Assembly (NCBI GenBank): GCA_964016885.1
Contig: OZ024740.1
Location: forward strand, 217,248,001 to 217,312,000
DNA: 64,000 nucleotides
Reading direction: 5' to 3'
Source: Eledone cirrhosa
Lineage: Eukaryota
The notes below the pieces were generated by a model. That model was not told the origin of the DNA and did not search any database. It saw nothing but the letters and a program-made list of their open reading frames with translations. Position 1 is the first letter of the stretch. The number at the start of each line of letters is the position of its first letter. Positions 29,418-40,444 of this stretch are shown here, piece by piece. The position numbers and the translations under genes are program-made.

Positions 29418-30378
29418 ACTTTAATATATGAATACACTTACATCTAACTATACACATCAAACATATATATATATTTACTTATTTATATACATTTTCACAT
29501 ATATATACATACATATGGTCGCTTTTAGACACATTCATTATAGCATATTCGCACCTATTCTCATCAGCATATCTTTCCATTATTAGTGTGGTAATTTAAG
29601 GTTATTAATATACATATATATGTTGAGAAGAGATTGTTTTTATATTTTTCTAACTAGATTGAGGTTTATATAGTTGGGGGGATGTCCCTCTTTTATGTAA
29701 TATTCAGCTTGTAGTGGGGAAAAAGGGTTTTAGTTCGGCGACGGCAGAATAATGTTCGTTCAATTCTGTTATTAAGCAATTTCTTCTTGTGTGTGATTAT
29801 GTAATAAATCTCAAGATTACACAATTTGCAGAAATTTTGGCTCCTGGAAAAGCTTTGGGTTTTAGCTAATTTCTCCCATTTTAGGGTAAACTTTTGATCG
29901 CTATCCCTGTGCGTCCAAGCTTTTTCTGCTAAAGTTGTTACATTTCTTTGGCTCTGGTGTTTTATTGAGTAAGAATGCCTATATAATCGAGATTTAAACG
30001 ATGTTGCCGTTGATCCCACGTAATACCACTCGTTGCCTCCGGATTTAATGGTACACTTATAAATGATATTTTTTTCCAGGCAGTTATTGCCGAGGGGGCA
30101 GTTGTCAGGATAGGTGCAGTTACAGTTGTGTACGTTGGGTTTTCTCTGGAGTAGTATTGCGGACGAACTTAGGTGTGGTTTATTTATGTTCTGTAGTGTA
30201 TTGTCTACTGTTTTTTTTGTGTTCTTTGTACTTAAGTTTTTAGTGTTTTCGTTTAACCTTCTAGTATTGATCTTTTTTATGTGTTGTTCAAGGTTTAACG
30301 CTGTAGAGTATGACAGTCTTATAGTGGTAGGGTTTAGGATTTTGTGGTATTTGTGTGATGTAGGAAAATGTCTCTTAA

Positions 30379-31848
30379 TTATTTTAAAGAAGAGTACTGG
30401 TAAATTTGTACTAATGGAACTATTGTATTCAGGGTTATACCATAAGTACTCTTTGCATCGCTTTCTATTAGTTTTGTTTGTTGGTTTACTGGTGTGTATA
30501 CTATGGTAGTAAGTGTGGTTTGGTTATTATATCTACCTATGTGGGTTTTATTTTGGGTGTTTTGATTGTTCTCATCTATATACTCTATTTTGTTGAGGTA
30601 GCCTGCTTTACTAAGGGCGTTATCGTAGTACTCGGCGTGTTCCTTAAATACTTGTATGTTAGAAGATAGACCCGAGATTCTAAGGGAAATATTTTTAGGG
30701 ATAGATTTAATTATAGAGATGGGGTGGTTAGACCCAACATTTACGTACTTGAGATTTTCATTCAATTTATGAAACGGTTTAATCAGACCAGAGTTTAAAT
30801 TGAGTGTGACATCCAGGAAGTTAACTACTTTAAGGTTGTATTCATATGTTATAGTTAGTCCTATTTCGAGTAGTAGTTTTCTTATATCTTTGCGTAGTTT
30901 TTCTAGTTTTTGGTTATTTAGGTTTTTAACTAGGAGGAGAACATCGTCGCGGTATATTCCACCGTGGAGATTGCTGAATTTTTCCTGGAGTCTAAAGGCG
31001 ATAAATAACCCCACAATATCAGTTATTTCCGCCGAATCGTTAGAGCCCATTGTTATGTCAAAGTTAGAGAGTCTATCTTTACGAACCCAATAACTGTTCT
31101 CAAATTTGACTATAGTTTTCCTAGCTTCTAATATAATCTTAATTTCATCGTTTGTAAGGTCAGAGTTATCCTTAGCAAACTTAATGGCTCTATTCAAAGT
31201 TTCAGGTGATATCGATGAGTAATATTCGTCGATATCAAACTGGATAAACTTAGATTTATTCTTATTGCTAATGCTATTAAACCATCTTATTGCTTCTTGG
31301 GTCTTCCCCCAGAGTTTAATGTTAACCTTAGCCTTAATTTGGGGGATGATTCTATCTAAGATATATTTGCTTATTTTACCTATATCTGATTTAGAGGGGC
31401 AGATTAATCTAATTTTAGGGTCATTATCAAAGTTTACCTTATGGTCCTTAAGATTGAAGGTGGGTACCGCCGGTAAGAGTGGTCCTGTCCTATCTTCGAT
31501 TCCGAGATTTTTGACTATTTCGCATGCCTCATCATTGATGTGCTTAAGAGTTACTTCATTCGTTTTTCTATATTTTTTATGTAATTCTTTTCGAATGAAG
31601 TTGTTGTATGTAGTGCAGTCCATAGTATAGAGGTTTGATGTTTTGTCCGCTTTTACTACAATTCCTTTGGTGTTTTTAAGGTCGTCCAGTAGTTTTTTAA
31701 TATCTTTCTGTAATTTATTGTTGGTGTTACGTCCTTTGAATTTAATTTTAAGGATTAAGTTCATAAGGTCCTGCTCAAATGCATCTAATAGTGGGTTAGT
31801 GGGTGGGTTTTTACACGTTCTAAAACCAAAAATTCTCACTGCTATCAA
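30379..31848 (-). CDS. PLE reverse transcriptase (frameshifted before the endonuclease)
   Basis: KADKT, LKDHK, FIQFDIDEYYSSI, MGSNDSAEITDIVG, IYRDD, NFLDVTL. Confidence 0.9.
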   Translation of the reverse strand: MIAVRIFGFRTCKNPPTNPLLDAFEQDLMNLILKIKFKGRNTNNKLQKDIKKLLDDLKNTKGIVVKADKTSNLYTMDCTTYNNFIRKELHKKYRKTNEVTLKHINDEACEIVKNLGIEDRTGPLLPAVPTFNLKDHKVNFDNDPKIRLICPSKSDIGKISKYILDRIIPQIKAKVNIKLWGKTQEAIRWFNSISNKNKSKFIQFDIDEYYSSISPETLNRAIKFAKDNSDLTNDEIKIILEARKTIVKFENSYWVRKDRLSNFDITMGSNDSAEITDIVGLFIAFRLQEKFSNLHGGIYRDDVLLLVKNLNNQKLEKLRKDIRKLLLEIGLTITYEYNLKVVNFLDVTLNLNSGLIKPFHKLNENLKYVNVGSNHPISIIKSIPKNISLRISGLSSNIQVFKEHAEYYDNALSKAGYLNKIEYIDENNQNTQNKTHIGRYNNQTTLTTIVYTPVNQQTKLIESDAKSTYGITLNTIVPLVQIYQYSSLK

Positions 31849-31932
31849 AAAACCACTCCCTCAACTATTCTTCTAACAACTTCACCCCTCCCTCCTAATA
31901 TTCTCTATAAAAACCAAACAGGTCCTCAGTAA

Positions 31933-32058
31933 AATTGTTCTGATGAAATGACAGTTGATAATAACATTGAAATATTGAATGTCTACATAACTAATACTTT
32001 GTAGATAGCAGCTGTTTTCAGGTTATGTAACTGTTATTGAAACACGTGTCAATAAATT
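31933..32058 (+). ncRNA. Hammerhead ribozyme with long stem II (inverted pLTR)
   Basis: CTGATGA at 31940, 10-bp stem II base, GAAA at 32039, CACGTG-TC. Confidence 0.82.
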
Positions 32059-32117
32059 CCTTTTAACTAAACTGTATCCATTTAAATCCTTCTATATATA
32101 CTTATATATATATATAA

Positions 32118-32182
<65 letters not shown>

Positions 32183-32312
32183 TATATATATATATATACT
32201 TATATATATATATATATATATATACTTATATATATATATATATATATAAGTATATATATATATATACTTATATATATATATATACTTATATATATATATA
32301 TATATATATATA

Positions 32313-32415
<103 letters not shown>

Positions 32416-32566
32416 ATACTTTGGGAGGGTCATGTTGCCAATAAGAAACACACGCACCAGTTGCTTTCACTTCAATTTAATTTATTATATATTTATAAAT
32501 TTACAAATTTATAAATTTCTGGTTGGTTGGTTGGTTCCACAACCAGATATTTGTTTATATATATAT

Positions 32567-32611
32567 AGTCATAGTTCTTTCGTCACACACTCTGTGACCT
32601 CTTCAGTGACT
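32567..32611 (-). ncRNA. Hammerhead ribozyme (family D)
   Basis: Reverse complement of 32732-32776. Confidence 0.72.
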
Positions 32612-32731
32612 GGGGATTTCTTTCTTCGTTTCTGTGCCTTTCCTTTCTGCTATCCTACGCCATTTTGTTTGAAAACAAAATGGCGTAGGATAGAAGAAAG
32701 GAAAGGCACAGAAACGAAGAAAGAAATCCCC

Positions 32732-32776
32732 AGTCACTGAAGAGGTCACAGAGTGTGTGACGAAAGAACTATGACT
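32732..32776 (+). ncRNA. Hammerhead ribozyme (family D), extra G before stem II
   Basis: AGTCA-CTGAAGA-G-GTCACA-GAGTG-TGTGAC-GAAA-GAAC-TA-TGACT; CUA triplet. Confidence 0.72.
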
Positions 32777-32989
32777 ATATATATATAAACAAATATCTGG
32801 TTGTGGAACCAACCAACCAACCAGAAATTTATAAATTTGTAAATTTATAAATATATAATAAATTAAATTGAAGTGAAAGCAACTGGTGCGTGTGTTTCTT
32901 ATTGGCAACATGACCCTCCCAAAGTATAACAATATCGGTTTCAACACACGATTTCAGATAAAGAATCTTGCTAAACAAATTCAGAAACG

Positions 32990-33032
<43 letters not shown>

Positions 33033-33158
33033 GTAGGAGGTGAGTTTTATTGTAGTACAATAAAGCAATGCAGATATCGGATAAGAAGCACTCTACAGTT
33101 TGTAGGACTGGAGTATGCATAATATAAGATCAAAAGATGGTTAAAGGAGTTCCATGTA

Positions 33159-33225
33159 TTTTATTATGCGCATTTCAAAAACAAACATCATCATGCATTA
33201 ATATTTGTGTTTTCATCAGATAAAA
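33159..33225 (-). ncRNA. Hammerhead ribozyme (family C)
   Basis: Reverse complement of 33355-33421. Confidence 0.82.
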
Positions 33226-33354
33226 CAGGAGAACATGATATGAAGGCTAAAAAACACTTGTGGATAGTACAGTTTTAAATCAACATATCATATATGTTGA
33301 TTTAAAACTGCACTATCCACAAGTGTTTTTTAGCCTTCATATCATGTTCTCCTG

Positions 33355-33421
33355 TTTTATCTGATGAAAACACAAATATTAATGCATGATGATGTTTGTT
33401 TTTGAAATGCGCATAATAAAA
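33355..33421 (+). ncRNA. Hammerhead ribozyme (family C)
   Basis: TTTTAT-CTGATGA...GAAA-TGCGCA-TA-ATAAAA. Confidence 0.82.
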
Positions 33422-33537
33422 TACATGGAACTCCTTTAACCATCTTTTGATCTTATATTATATATATATATATATATAAGTATATATATATATATATATA
33501 GATGTGAGAAAAACCACAGACCCTCCATCTCAACTCA

Positions 33538-33575
33538 CCTTTTGAAAAGCAGAAGAACTGCGAAACCGGTAAAGG
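33538..33575 (+). ncRNA. Hammerhead ribozyme with U3:A8 covariant core
   Basis: CCTT-TTGAAAA-GCAG-AAGAA-CTGC-GAAA-CCGG-TA-AAGG, inside a ~145-bp insert in (TA)n. Confidence 0.72.
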
Positions 33576-33667
33576 AACCAAATAAATATATATATTTAAA
33601 AAAAAAATAAGACTTCAGTTGCATTTTCGATTTCATCTCTTTTTCTTTATATATATATATATATATA

Positions 33668-33738
<71 letters not shown>

Positions 33739-33759
33739 TTATATATACATATATATATA

Positions 33760-33800
<41 letters not shown>

Positions 33801-33884
33801 CTTTGAATAACTTTGAAATGTTTTGGCCAGTATTGGCCCAGGCCATGTCTAACTTAATAGCACCACCTGGCGAAGTCTTTCAAT

Positions 33885-36800
33885 TCAGGATTTGGGCACC
33901 ATGGCCCATTCGAGAAGAGAATTACTGTTTGCGGAGACATATCCGGGTGTGGGTGGTTTGTCCGGGATTACTTGGAGGAATTTGTCCAAAGACTTCTTGA
34001 ATTTTGTGTGGTCAGTTTCTGTTTTGACGTGTCCTGGTGTGATGTTGAAGAGAGCAGGGCCGATTGAGGTGAAATAATTGTGCCGTATTGTTGTTATGAG
34101 TTGCGATTTAGATTTTTGTATGGGACGGATAGCACGGGGCCCAAGCCTTGGGTGTATCTTGAAGGCGATGCCAACATCATTTGGGCAGTGATGATGGAAC
34201 ATTTTCCACATCATGCAGATAATATAACGCTCACGGCGACGTTGGAGTGAGTAAAGTTTCAGCTTTTCTAGTCGACCCCAGTAGTCAAGGTCTGACATGC
34301 CATCTATCTTTTTCGTGATTGCCCTTTGAGGAGCTTCAAGTTTCATGATACTTTGTTTCGTGTGGGGAGACCACAGTGGACAACAGTATTCAAGGTGTGG
34401 TCGGGCAAAAGTAGAGAAGAGAAGGATAATGGTGTGAGAATCTCTCGACTGGAAGGTTCTGAGGATCCAGGAACACATTCTGCGGGCCATGTCAACTTTG
34501 CTGCTTATATGCGTGGCCCAGCTTATGTTGCTGTCCACGGTTACTCCCAAGTCTCTGATGTTGTTAGATGCCACGAGAGTTTCCCCGGAGGGAAGGGAGT
34601 ACGGGAGTTTCAGAGCATCCTCTTTTCCAAAGTGGATCAGTTCGAATTTGTCTTCGTTCAGTAACATGTTGTTCTTTTCCGCCCATTGGGTAACAGCCAG
34701 TAGGTCTGACTGAAGGCTTATCCGGTCATCCACGCCATTGATGACCTTTTGGAGCTTGGAATCATCAGCGAAAATTTTAATGTTGCTGTGTTTGATGATG
34801 TCAGTGATGTCATTAATATAGATGATGAAGAGAAGTGGGCCCAACACAGTGCCTTGTGGGACCCCACTACTGACTTTGGCTGGGCTAGATTTGACTCCTT
34901 CAACTACAACATGTTGGGTTCTGTTTGACAGGAAGCTCTTGATCCACTTCAGCAGCTTTCCAGTGACACCAATATTGGACAGCTTTCTCAGTAGAATGTT
35001 ATGATCAACCCTGTCAAAGGCCTTGCTGAAATCAAGGTAGATAACATCAGTGTTGGAACCCTCTCCCAAGGCTCTCAAAATGTCATCAAAGTGATGCAGT
35101 AGCTGCGTCAGGCAATCCCTTCCATTACGGAATCCATGCTGGTTGGAGTTCAGCATATTGTTACTCTCAAGGAAGTGGGTCATTCGCGATCTCACCACTC
35201 ACTCAAATACCTTAATGATATGAGAGGTGAGTGAGATTGGACGGTAATTCACGGCAAGGGATTTGTTTCCTTTTTTGAAAACTGGGACAACAGACTGGGA
35301 TAGAAGGTTTTCTGGCACATATCCAGCATCCAGTGAGTTCCGCCACAGATTGGCAAGAGGAGATGCAAGTTGGTGTTGACACGCCTTCAAGACACAAGCA
35401 GGGAACCTATCGGGACCTACTGCTGAATTATGCTTGATTTCCTTTATTGCCGCTAAGACATCAGGGGCGCCAAACGTTATGTCCGATAAGGTGTAATGGG
35501 GAGTAACATCGCCGAAACAGCCCAGATCGGCCATATCAGGATTGCTGAAAACAGAGCAGTATTGTTTCTGCAGTATCTCACCCATGGTTTTAGCATTGTC
35601 TTGAAGAGTGCCATTTTCATCAATTAGAGGGCCAACAGTAGAGCCAGTGATTTTGTGTTTTTTTGCAAATGAAAAGAACACTTTGGGATTGAGTTTGATC
35701 TTCTCAATGGCCCAGGCCTCTTCAGCTCTTCTCTGATTGTTGATGAGGGACATTATGTTATTTTGGAGGTTATGTTTTTTAATCTCTAGTGATGAAATGG
35801 CAGTCAAGTTGATGTGTTGCTGCTGACAGTATTTCAGCTTGTTGAATTTTTTGTTCGTTCTCTTAATTTTTCTGATGAGCGTTTTTCTATTTCTAGGGAT
35901 TCTGCTCTTAGATTTGTTTATAGTTCTTAATGGGGTGTGTTTTCCACATATGTTTGTAACAGTGTCCACAAATGTCTGCCAGGACTTTTTGATGTTAGTG
36001 GGTGTATGAGTGTGCGTGAAGGACCAGTCGACATGTGCAAGATCATGACTGATCGCTTCCCAGTTTGCATTGTGGAAATCCATAGCGTTAAACGGATGGA
36101 CAGGAGAGATGACATTGGGTTTGTATATTGGACGGTGGAATCTCAGATCACAGAGAACCATGTCATGATCAGAGAGTAGAGTTTTCTCCACTGCAATATT
36201 GTGGATATTGTCAGTGTGATTGCTGAAAATTAAGTCTAGGATGTTTTTGTGGCACCTCGTTGGTTCGAGCACCAGTTGGGATAGGAAGAAATCATCCATG
36301 AAGTCAAGAAGCGATTCCACTGCTTCCCTGTCAGAGGTTGAGGCAGAAGAACCTGGTGGCAGGATGTTTGTGGACCAGTCAACTCCGGGGAGGTTGAAGT
36401 CCCCCATCATTAAGATGTTGTCAGGATGACACTCTTGGATGAAACACTTTATGCTGTTGAGGCATTCCTTGAAGCATGGTACAGGCGTTTGGGGTGGCCT
36501 ATAGAGCCCAACTACTATTAGGTTGTTGGTTTGACTGAATACAGTGACTGCTTCGCAGTATCCATTAGTGAATATGTTCATAGCCTCTGTTGAGAAAGAA
36601 TTATGGACATAAATGGCAGTCCCGCCCTTTCTTCTGCCAGCGCGATCAGCACGGATGGCTTTGACATTTTTCACTTTCACCTCGGCTTCCAAGTGGAGGT
36701 TACTGAGATGGGTTTCAGTGAGGACGAAGAAAGGGATGTGGTTTGGATGGACATCAATCCAGTCCTCCAGGAATTTGATATTCCATTTTTGAGTATTGGT

Positions 36801-37022
36801 GGAAGGGCTGATGCCTTGGGCGTTAAGCAAAAATGTAGAGGCGAGAGTGGATGGTTTTAATTGTTTTGGTATGTTGTTAATTTGTTTGTTTGTTAATGGC
36901 AGCAATGGGAGTTTGTGCAGTGGAGTGATAGTGGAGGGTGGTGCTGGGTGATAGCTCGAATGTTTTTTTCCAGTTCTTTTGCCAGATTCATTATGGCTAA
37001 AAAAGAGGAAGAAGTTTCCTGT
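33885..37022 (-). CDS. ORF2: APE endonuclease plus RT, with one in-frame TGA at 35199-35201
   Basis: LLNAQG, LTETHL, GLYRPP, MGDFN, LDLIF, SDHD; [36 protein letters not shown]. ORFs 35199-36905 and 33885-35198 are the same frame (KVFE*VVR, Arg expected). The frame is open up to 37022. Confidence 0.92.
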
Positions 37023-38104
37023 TTAGAAGACTGTTGGTGACTGTGGTAGTGGTTATTTTTATGTAGGTTATGGTTTTTGTTTTTGCTTTTATTTTTAATT
37101 TTATTTTCATTTGTCCGACGGGTCCCCGGGAGATGGGTAAAGGGACAATCCCGGTCTAAACACAATCTGTCTCGCAGGGAAAAGCGGCAGATTTGTGGAT
37201 TCCTTGTTTGAGTTATTGGTGGTTGTGTTGGTGTTAAATTAGAGTATGTATTATGGTGGTGGCTGTTTGTGGGGATAGATCGTTTTGTCCTAGGTAAATG
37301 GGTGAATTTGCAGCCACTATCCGTACATATTCTATAGCGTAGAGAGTAGCGGCAAATGATGGGGTTTCGAGTGGGTGGGTATGTGGGTGTGTGTGTTGTG
37401 AGAGGTGGAGATGATGGTTTGAGTAGGATTTGACGACCTTTGTGGACTGTGGGAGGGAGAGTTCTTGTACTGGTATTAGAAGGTAAATTTCTTGAGATAG
37501 CAGTAGCCAAAGATGTTGTAGTAGTAGTAGTAGTAGTAGGCAGAGAAGAAGATGTTGGCAGTGGTGATGATTGGACTGCTGGGCCAGAGAAAGGATGTGG
37601 CGTTTCCTGCTGTGAGACAGAGGCTACTGGGAGGTCAATAGTTTCATTTAGTAGATCGGCCATTGTTGATGAATCAAGGAGTGGTTCACACTGTTGTTGT
37701 TGTTGTCGTTGTTGTTGTTGCTGTTGTTGATGTTGTTGTTGCTGTTGTTGTTGTAGCTGTTGTTGTTGTTGCCGTTGTAGCTGCTGTTGTTGTTGTTGCT
37801 GCTGCTGGACAGCATCCGAAGAAAAAACACACCGTAGTTTATCCAAATGTTTATTGATTAATTTAAAAGCAATTTCGATTTGCTTTAATTTATTTTGAAT
37901 CTGTTGTTCAGATCGAGTTTTCAAAAGTTGAACTGTACGTTTAGCAATGTCGTTCAGACATGAAGCATCTATGTCTTCTGTTTGGGTAAGGCAATGCCAT
38001 GTGTTTATTAGAATGTCGATTTCATTATCAGACCAGTTCTGTTTGGATTTTTGCTGGTTAGCCATTCTAGTTTTGAGTGTGTGTGTTTTAGTTAAGTATT
38101 TCAA
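36893..38104 (-). CDS. ORF1 with a Myb/SANT-like N-terminus, polyQ tract and two CCCH fingers
   Basis: WSDNEIDILINTW..RSEQQIQNKLK; Q-rich run; CRYSLRYRICTDSGCKFTH and CRFSLRDRLCLDRDCPFTH. Confidence 0.8.
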   Translation of the reverse strand: MKYLTKTHTLKTRMANQQKSKQNWSDNEIDILINTWHCLTQTEDIDASCLNDIAKRTVQLLKTRSEQQIQNKLKQIEIAFKLINKHLDKLRCVFSSDAVQQQQQQQQQLQRQQQQQLQQQQQQQHQQQQQQQRQQQQQCEPLLDSSTMADLLNETIDLPVASVSQQETPHPFSGPAVQSSPLPTSSSLPTTTTTTTTSLATAISRNLPSNTSTRTLPPTVHKGRQILLKPSSPPLTTHTPTYPPTRNPIICRYSLRYRICTDSGCKFTHLPRTKRSIPTNSHHHNTYSNLTPTQPPITQTRNPQICRFSLRDRLCLDRDCPFTHLPGTRRTNENKIKNKSKNKNHNLHKNNHYHSHQQSSKQETSSSFLAIMNLAKELEKNIRAITQHHPPLSLHCTNSHCCH

Positions 38105-38466
38105 TATATATATATATTTTTTATTTATTTTTGTTTTTTGTTTTTCTTGTGTGTGAGTGAGAAGAGTATATATATAAATATGAGTATATATATATATATG
38201 TATATTCTGGTTATTTGAAATTAATTAAATTAATGAAAAGACGAAAGTATATAATAATAATTTGTAGTTAAAGGAAAATGTACTCACAAGTTGGTAAACA
38301 CGTGGTTTCAAATATATAATAATATAGATGTATGTAAATGTATTAACCGGTCAATTTTTGTTTGTTTGGTTTTGTTTTGTGGTTTTGTTTTGTGGCTGTG
38401 TGACTTGCTGCTTACTCGGGGAGAGAAGTAAAAACACGTCTTTATACTTCAACTGCTCATACTGTA

Positions 38467-38543
<77 letters not shown>

Positions 38544-38604
38544 TTATATATATATATATATATATATACTTATATATATATATATACTTATATATATATA
38601 TATA

Positions 38605-38641
<37 letters not shown>

Positions 38642-38794
38642 ATAAATGCTCTGAAATAGCGATATATATGTGAATATAGACATAGAATATTCGAAAATAT
38701 TCTGTATGTTTATAATAAACATTTTGGAGACCTAATCGCTATAGAATAGAATACGTCACGTATTACAATTAGATTCTCGATAAAAGCAAGGGAA

Positions 38795-38837
38795 GTAATC
38801 TACGCGTTTCATTCTCGTTAGAAATCATCAGGACTAC
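38795..38837 (-). ncRNA. Hammerhead ribozyme, array unit
   Basis: Reverse complement of 39527-39569. Confidence 0.85.
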
Positions 38838-39104
38838 ATATCCAGTGCTTTTATCGAGAATGACACAGCTAGAGACTTATAGAATACTTAGCTGTGTACA
38901 GGAACTGGTTTGAAAGAGCGGTTGCCGGTCCGGCAGAAATTAGAAATTGGAATAAATGCTCTGAAATAGCGATATATATGTGAATATAGACATAGAATAT
39001 TCGAAAATATTCTGTATGTTTATAATAAACATTTTGAAGACCTAATCGCTATAGAATAGAATACGTCACGTATTACAATTAGATTCTCGATAAAAGCAAG
39101 GGAA

Positions 39105-39147
39105 GTAATCTACGCGTTTCATTCTCGTTAGAAATCATCAGGACTAC
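39105..39147 (-). ncRNA. Hammerhead ribozyme, array unit
   Basis: Same motif, 310 bp downstream of 38795. Confidence 0.85.
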
Positions 39148-39526
39148 ATATCCAGTGCTTTTATCGAGAATGACACAGCTAGAGACTTATAGAATACTTA
39201 GCTGTGTACAGGAACTGGTTTGAAAGAGCGGTTGCCGGTCCGGCAGAAATTAGAAATTGGAATAAATGCTTTATCGAGAATCTAATTGTAATACGTGACG
39301 TATTCTATTCTATAGCGATTAGGTCTTCAAAATGTTTATTATAAACATACAGAATATTTTCGAATATTCTATGTCTATATTCACATATATATCGCTATTT
39401 CAGAGCATTTATTCCAATTTCTAATTTCTGCCGGACCGGCAACCGCTCTTTCAAACCAGTTCCTGTACACAGCTAAGTATTCTATAAGTCTCTAGCTGTG
39501 TCATTCTCGATAAAAGCACTGGATAT

Positions 39527-39569
39527 GTAGTCCTGATGATTTCTAACGAGAATGAAACGCGTAGATTAC
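39527..39569 (+). ncRNA. Hammerhead ribozyme, array unit
   Basis: GTAGTC-CTGATGA-TTTCT-AACG-AGAAT-GAAA-CGCG-TA-GATTAC; GUA triplet; stem I extended by a 16-bp helix (39503-39518 with 39576-39591). Confidence 0.85.
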
Positions 39570-39836
39570 TTCCCTTGCTTTTATCGAGAATCTAATTGTA
39601 ATACGTGACGTATTCTATTCTATAGCGATTAGGTCTTCAAAATGTTTATTATAAACATACAGAATATTTTCGAATATTCTATGTCTATATTCACATATAT
39701 ATCGCTATTTCAGAGCATTTATTCCAATTTCTAATTTCTGCCGGACCGGCAACCGCTCTTTCAAACCAGTTCCTGTACACAGCTAAGTATTCTATAAGTC
39801 TCTAGCTGTGTCATTCTCGATAAAAGCACTGGATAT

Positions 39837-39879
39837 GTAGTCCTGATGATTTCTAACGAGAATGAAACGCGTAGATTAC
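39837..39879 (+). ncRNA. Hammerhead ribozyme, array unit
   Basis: Identical motif at +310. Confidence 0.85.
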
Positions 39880-40146
39880 TTCCCTTGCTTTTATCGAGAA
39901 TCTAATTGTAATACGTGACGTATTCTATTCTATAGCGATTAGGTCTTCAAAATGTTTATTATAAACATACAGAATATTTTCGAATATTCTATGTCTATAT
40001 TCACATATATATCGCTATTTCAGAGCATTTATTCCAATTTCTAATTTCTGCCGGACCGGCAACCGCTCTTTCAAACCAGTTCCTGTACACAGCTAAGTAT
40101 TCTATAAGTCTCTAGCTGTGTCATTCTCGATAAAAGCACTGGATAT

Positions 40147-40189
40147 GTAGTCCTGATGATTTCTAACGAGAATGAAACGCGTAGATTAC
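40147..40189 (+). ncRNA. Hammerhead ribozyme, array unit
   Basis: Identical motif at +620. Confidence 0.85.
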
Positions 40190-40378
40190 TTCCCTTGCTT
40201 TTATCGAGAATCTAATTGTAATACGTGACGTATTCTATTCTATAGCGATTAGGTCTTCAAAATGTTTATTATAAACATACAGAATATTTTCGAATATTCT
40301 ATGTCTATATTCATATATATATATATATATATATATACGATATTAAATAAATGGAAATTATATTTATAAAACCATATT

Positions 40379-40444
40379 TATTTCATTATATATATTTCAG
40401 GGATATCATATTAACAATATGTTATGCCTTCTTCAGACAAAATA
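40379..40444 (-). ncRNA. Hammerhead ribozyme (family A)
   Basis: Reverse complement of 40971-41036. Confidence 0.8.

Larger units (their letters stand above)
28574..32095 (-). mobile_element. Penelope-like element (Naiad type), 5'-truncated, with inverted pLTRs
   Basis: ORFs 30379-31848 (RT, YRDD) and 29693-30019 (GIY-YIG end); 28684-28953 is the reverse complement of 31825-32095; unpaired tail 28574-28683. Confidence 0.93.
33033..33461. mobile_element. Second copy of family C palindrome
   Basis: Arms 33119-33461, tail 33033-33118; homologous to 21484-21907. Confidence 0.92.
33799..38468 (-). mobile_element. Near full-length CR1-like non-LTR retrotransposon
   Basis: ORF1 plus APE-RT ORF2; 3' tail of short TTCAAAGTTA repeats; flanked by (TA)n. 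Confidence 0.92.
38636..40313. repeat. 310-bp hammerhead-containing tandem array (retrozyme-like): ~2 units minus, ~3.4 units plus, head-to-head
   Basis: TTGGAATAAATGCT at 38637, 38947, 39257; TTATCGAGAATCTAA at 39271, 39581, 39891, 40201; orientation switch at ~39268. Confidence 0.95.

Noticed and set aside
35199-35201. In-frame TGA in CR1-like ORF2 as programmed readthrough
   Set aside because: It replaces the conserved Arg of KVFER (the related fragment at 55265 reads MERVVR); a point mutation is the simpler explanation.
38636-40313. CRISPR-like array or ordinary satellite
   Set aside because: No unique spacers, eukaryotic context, and each unit carries a ribozyme motif.
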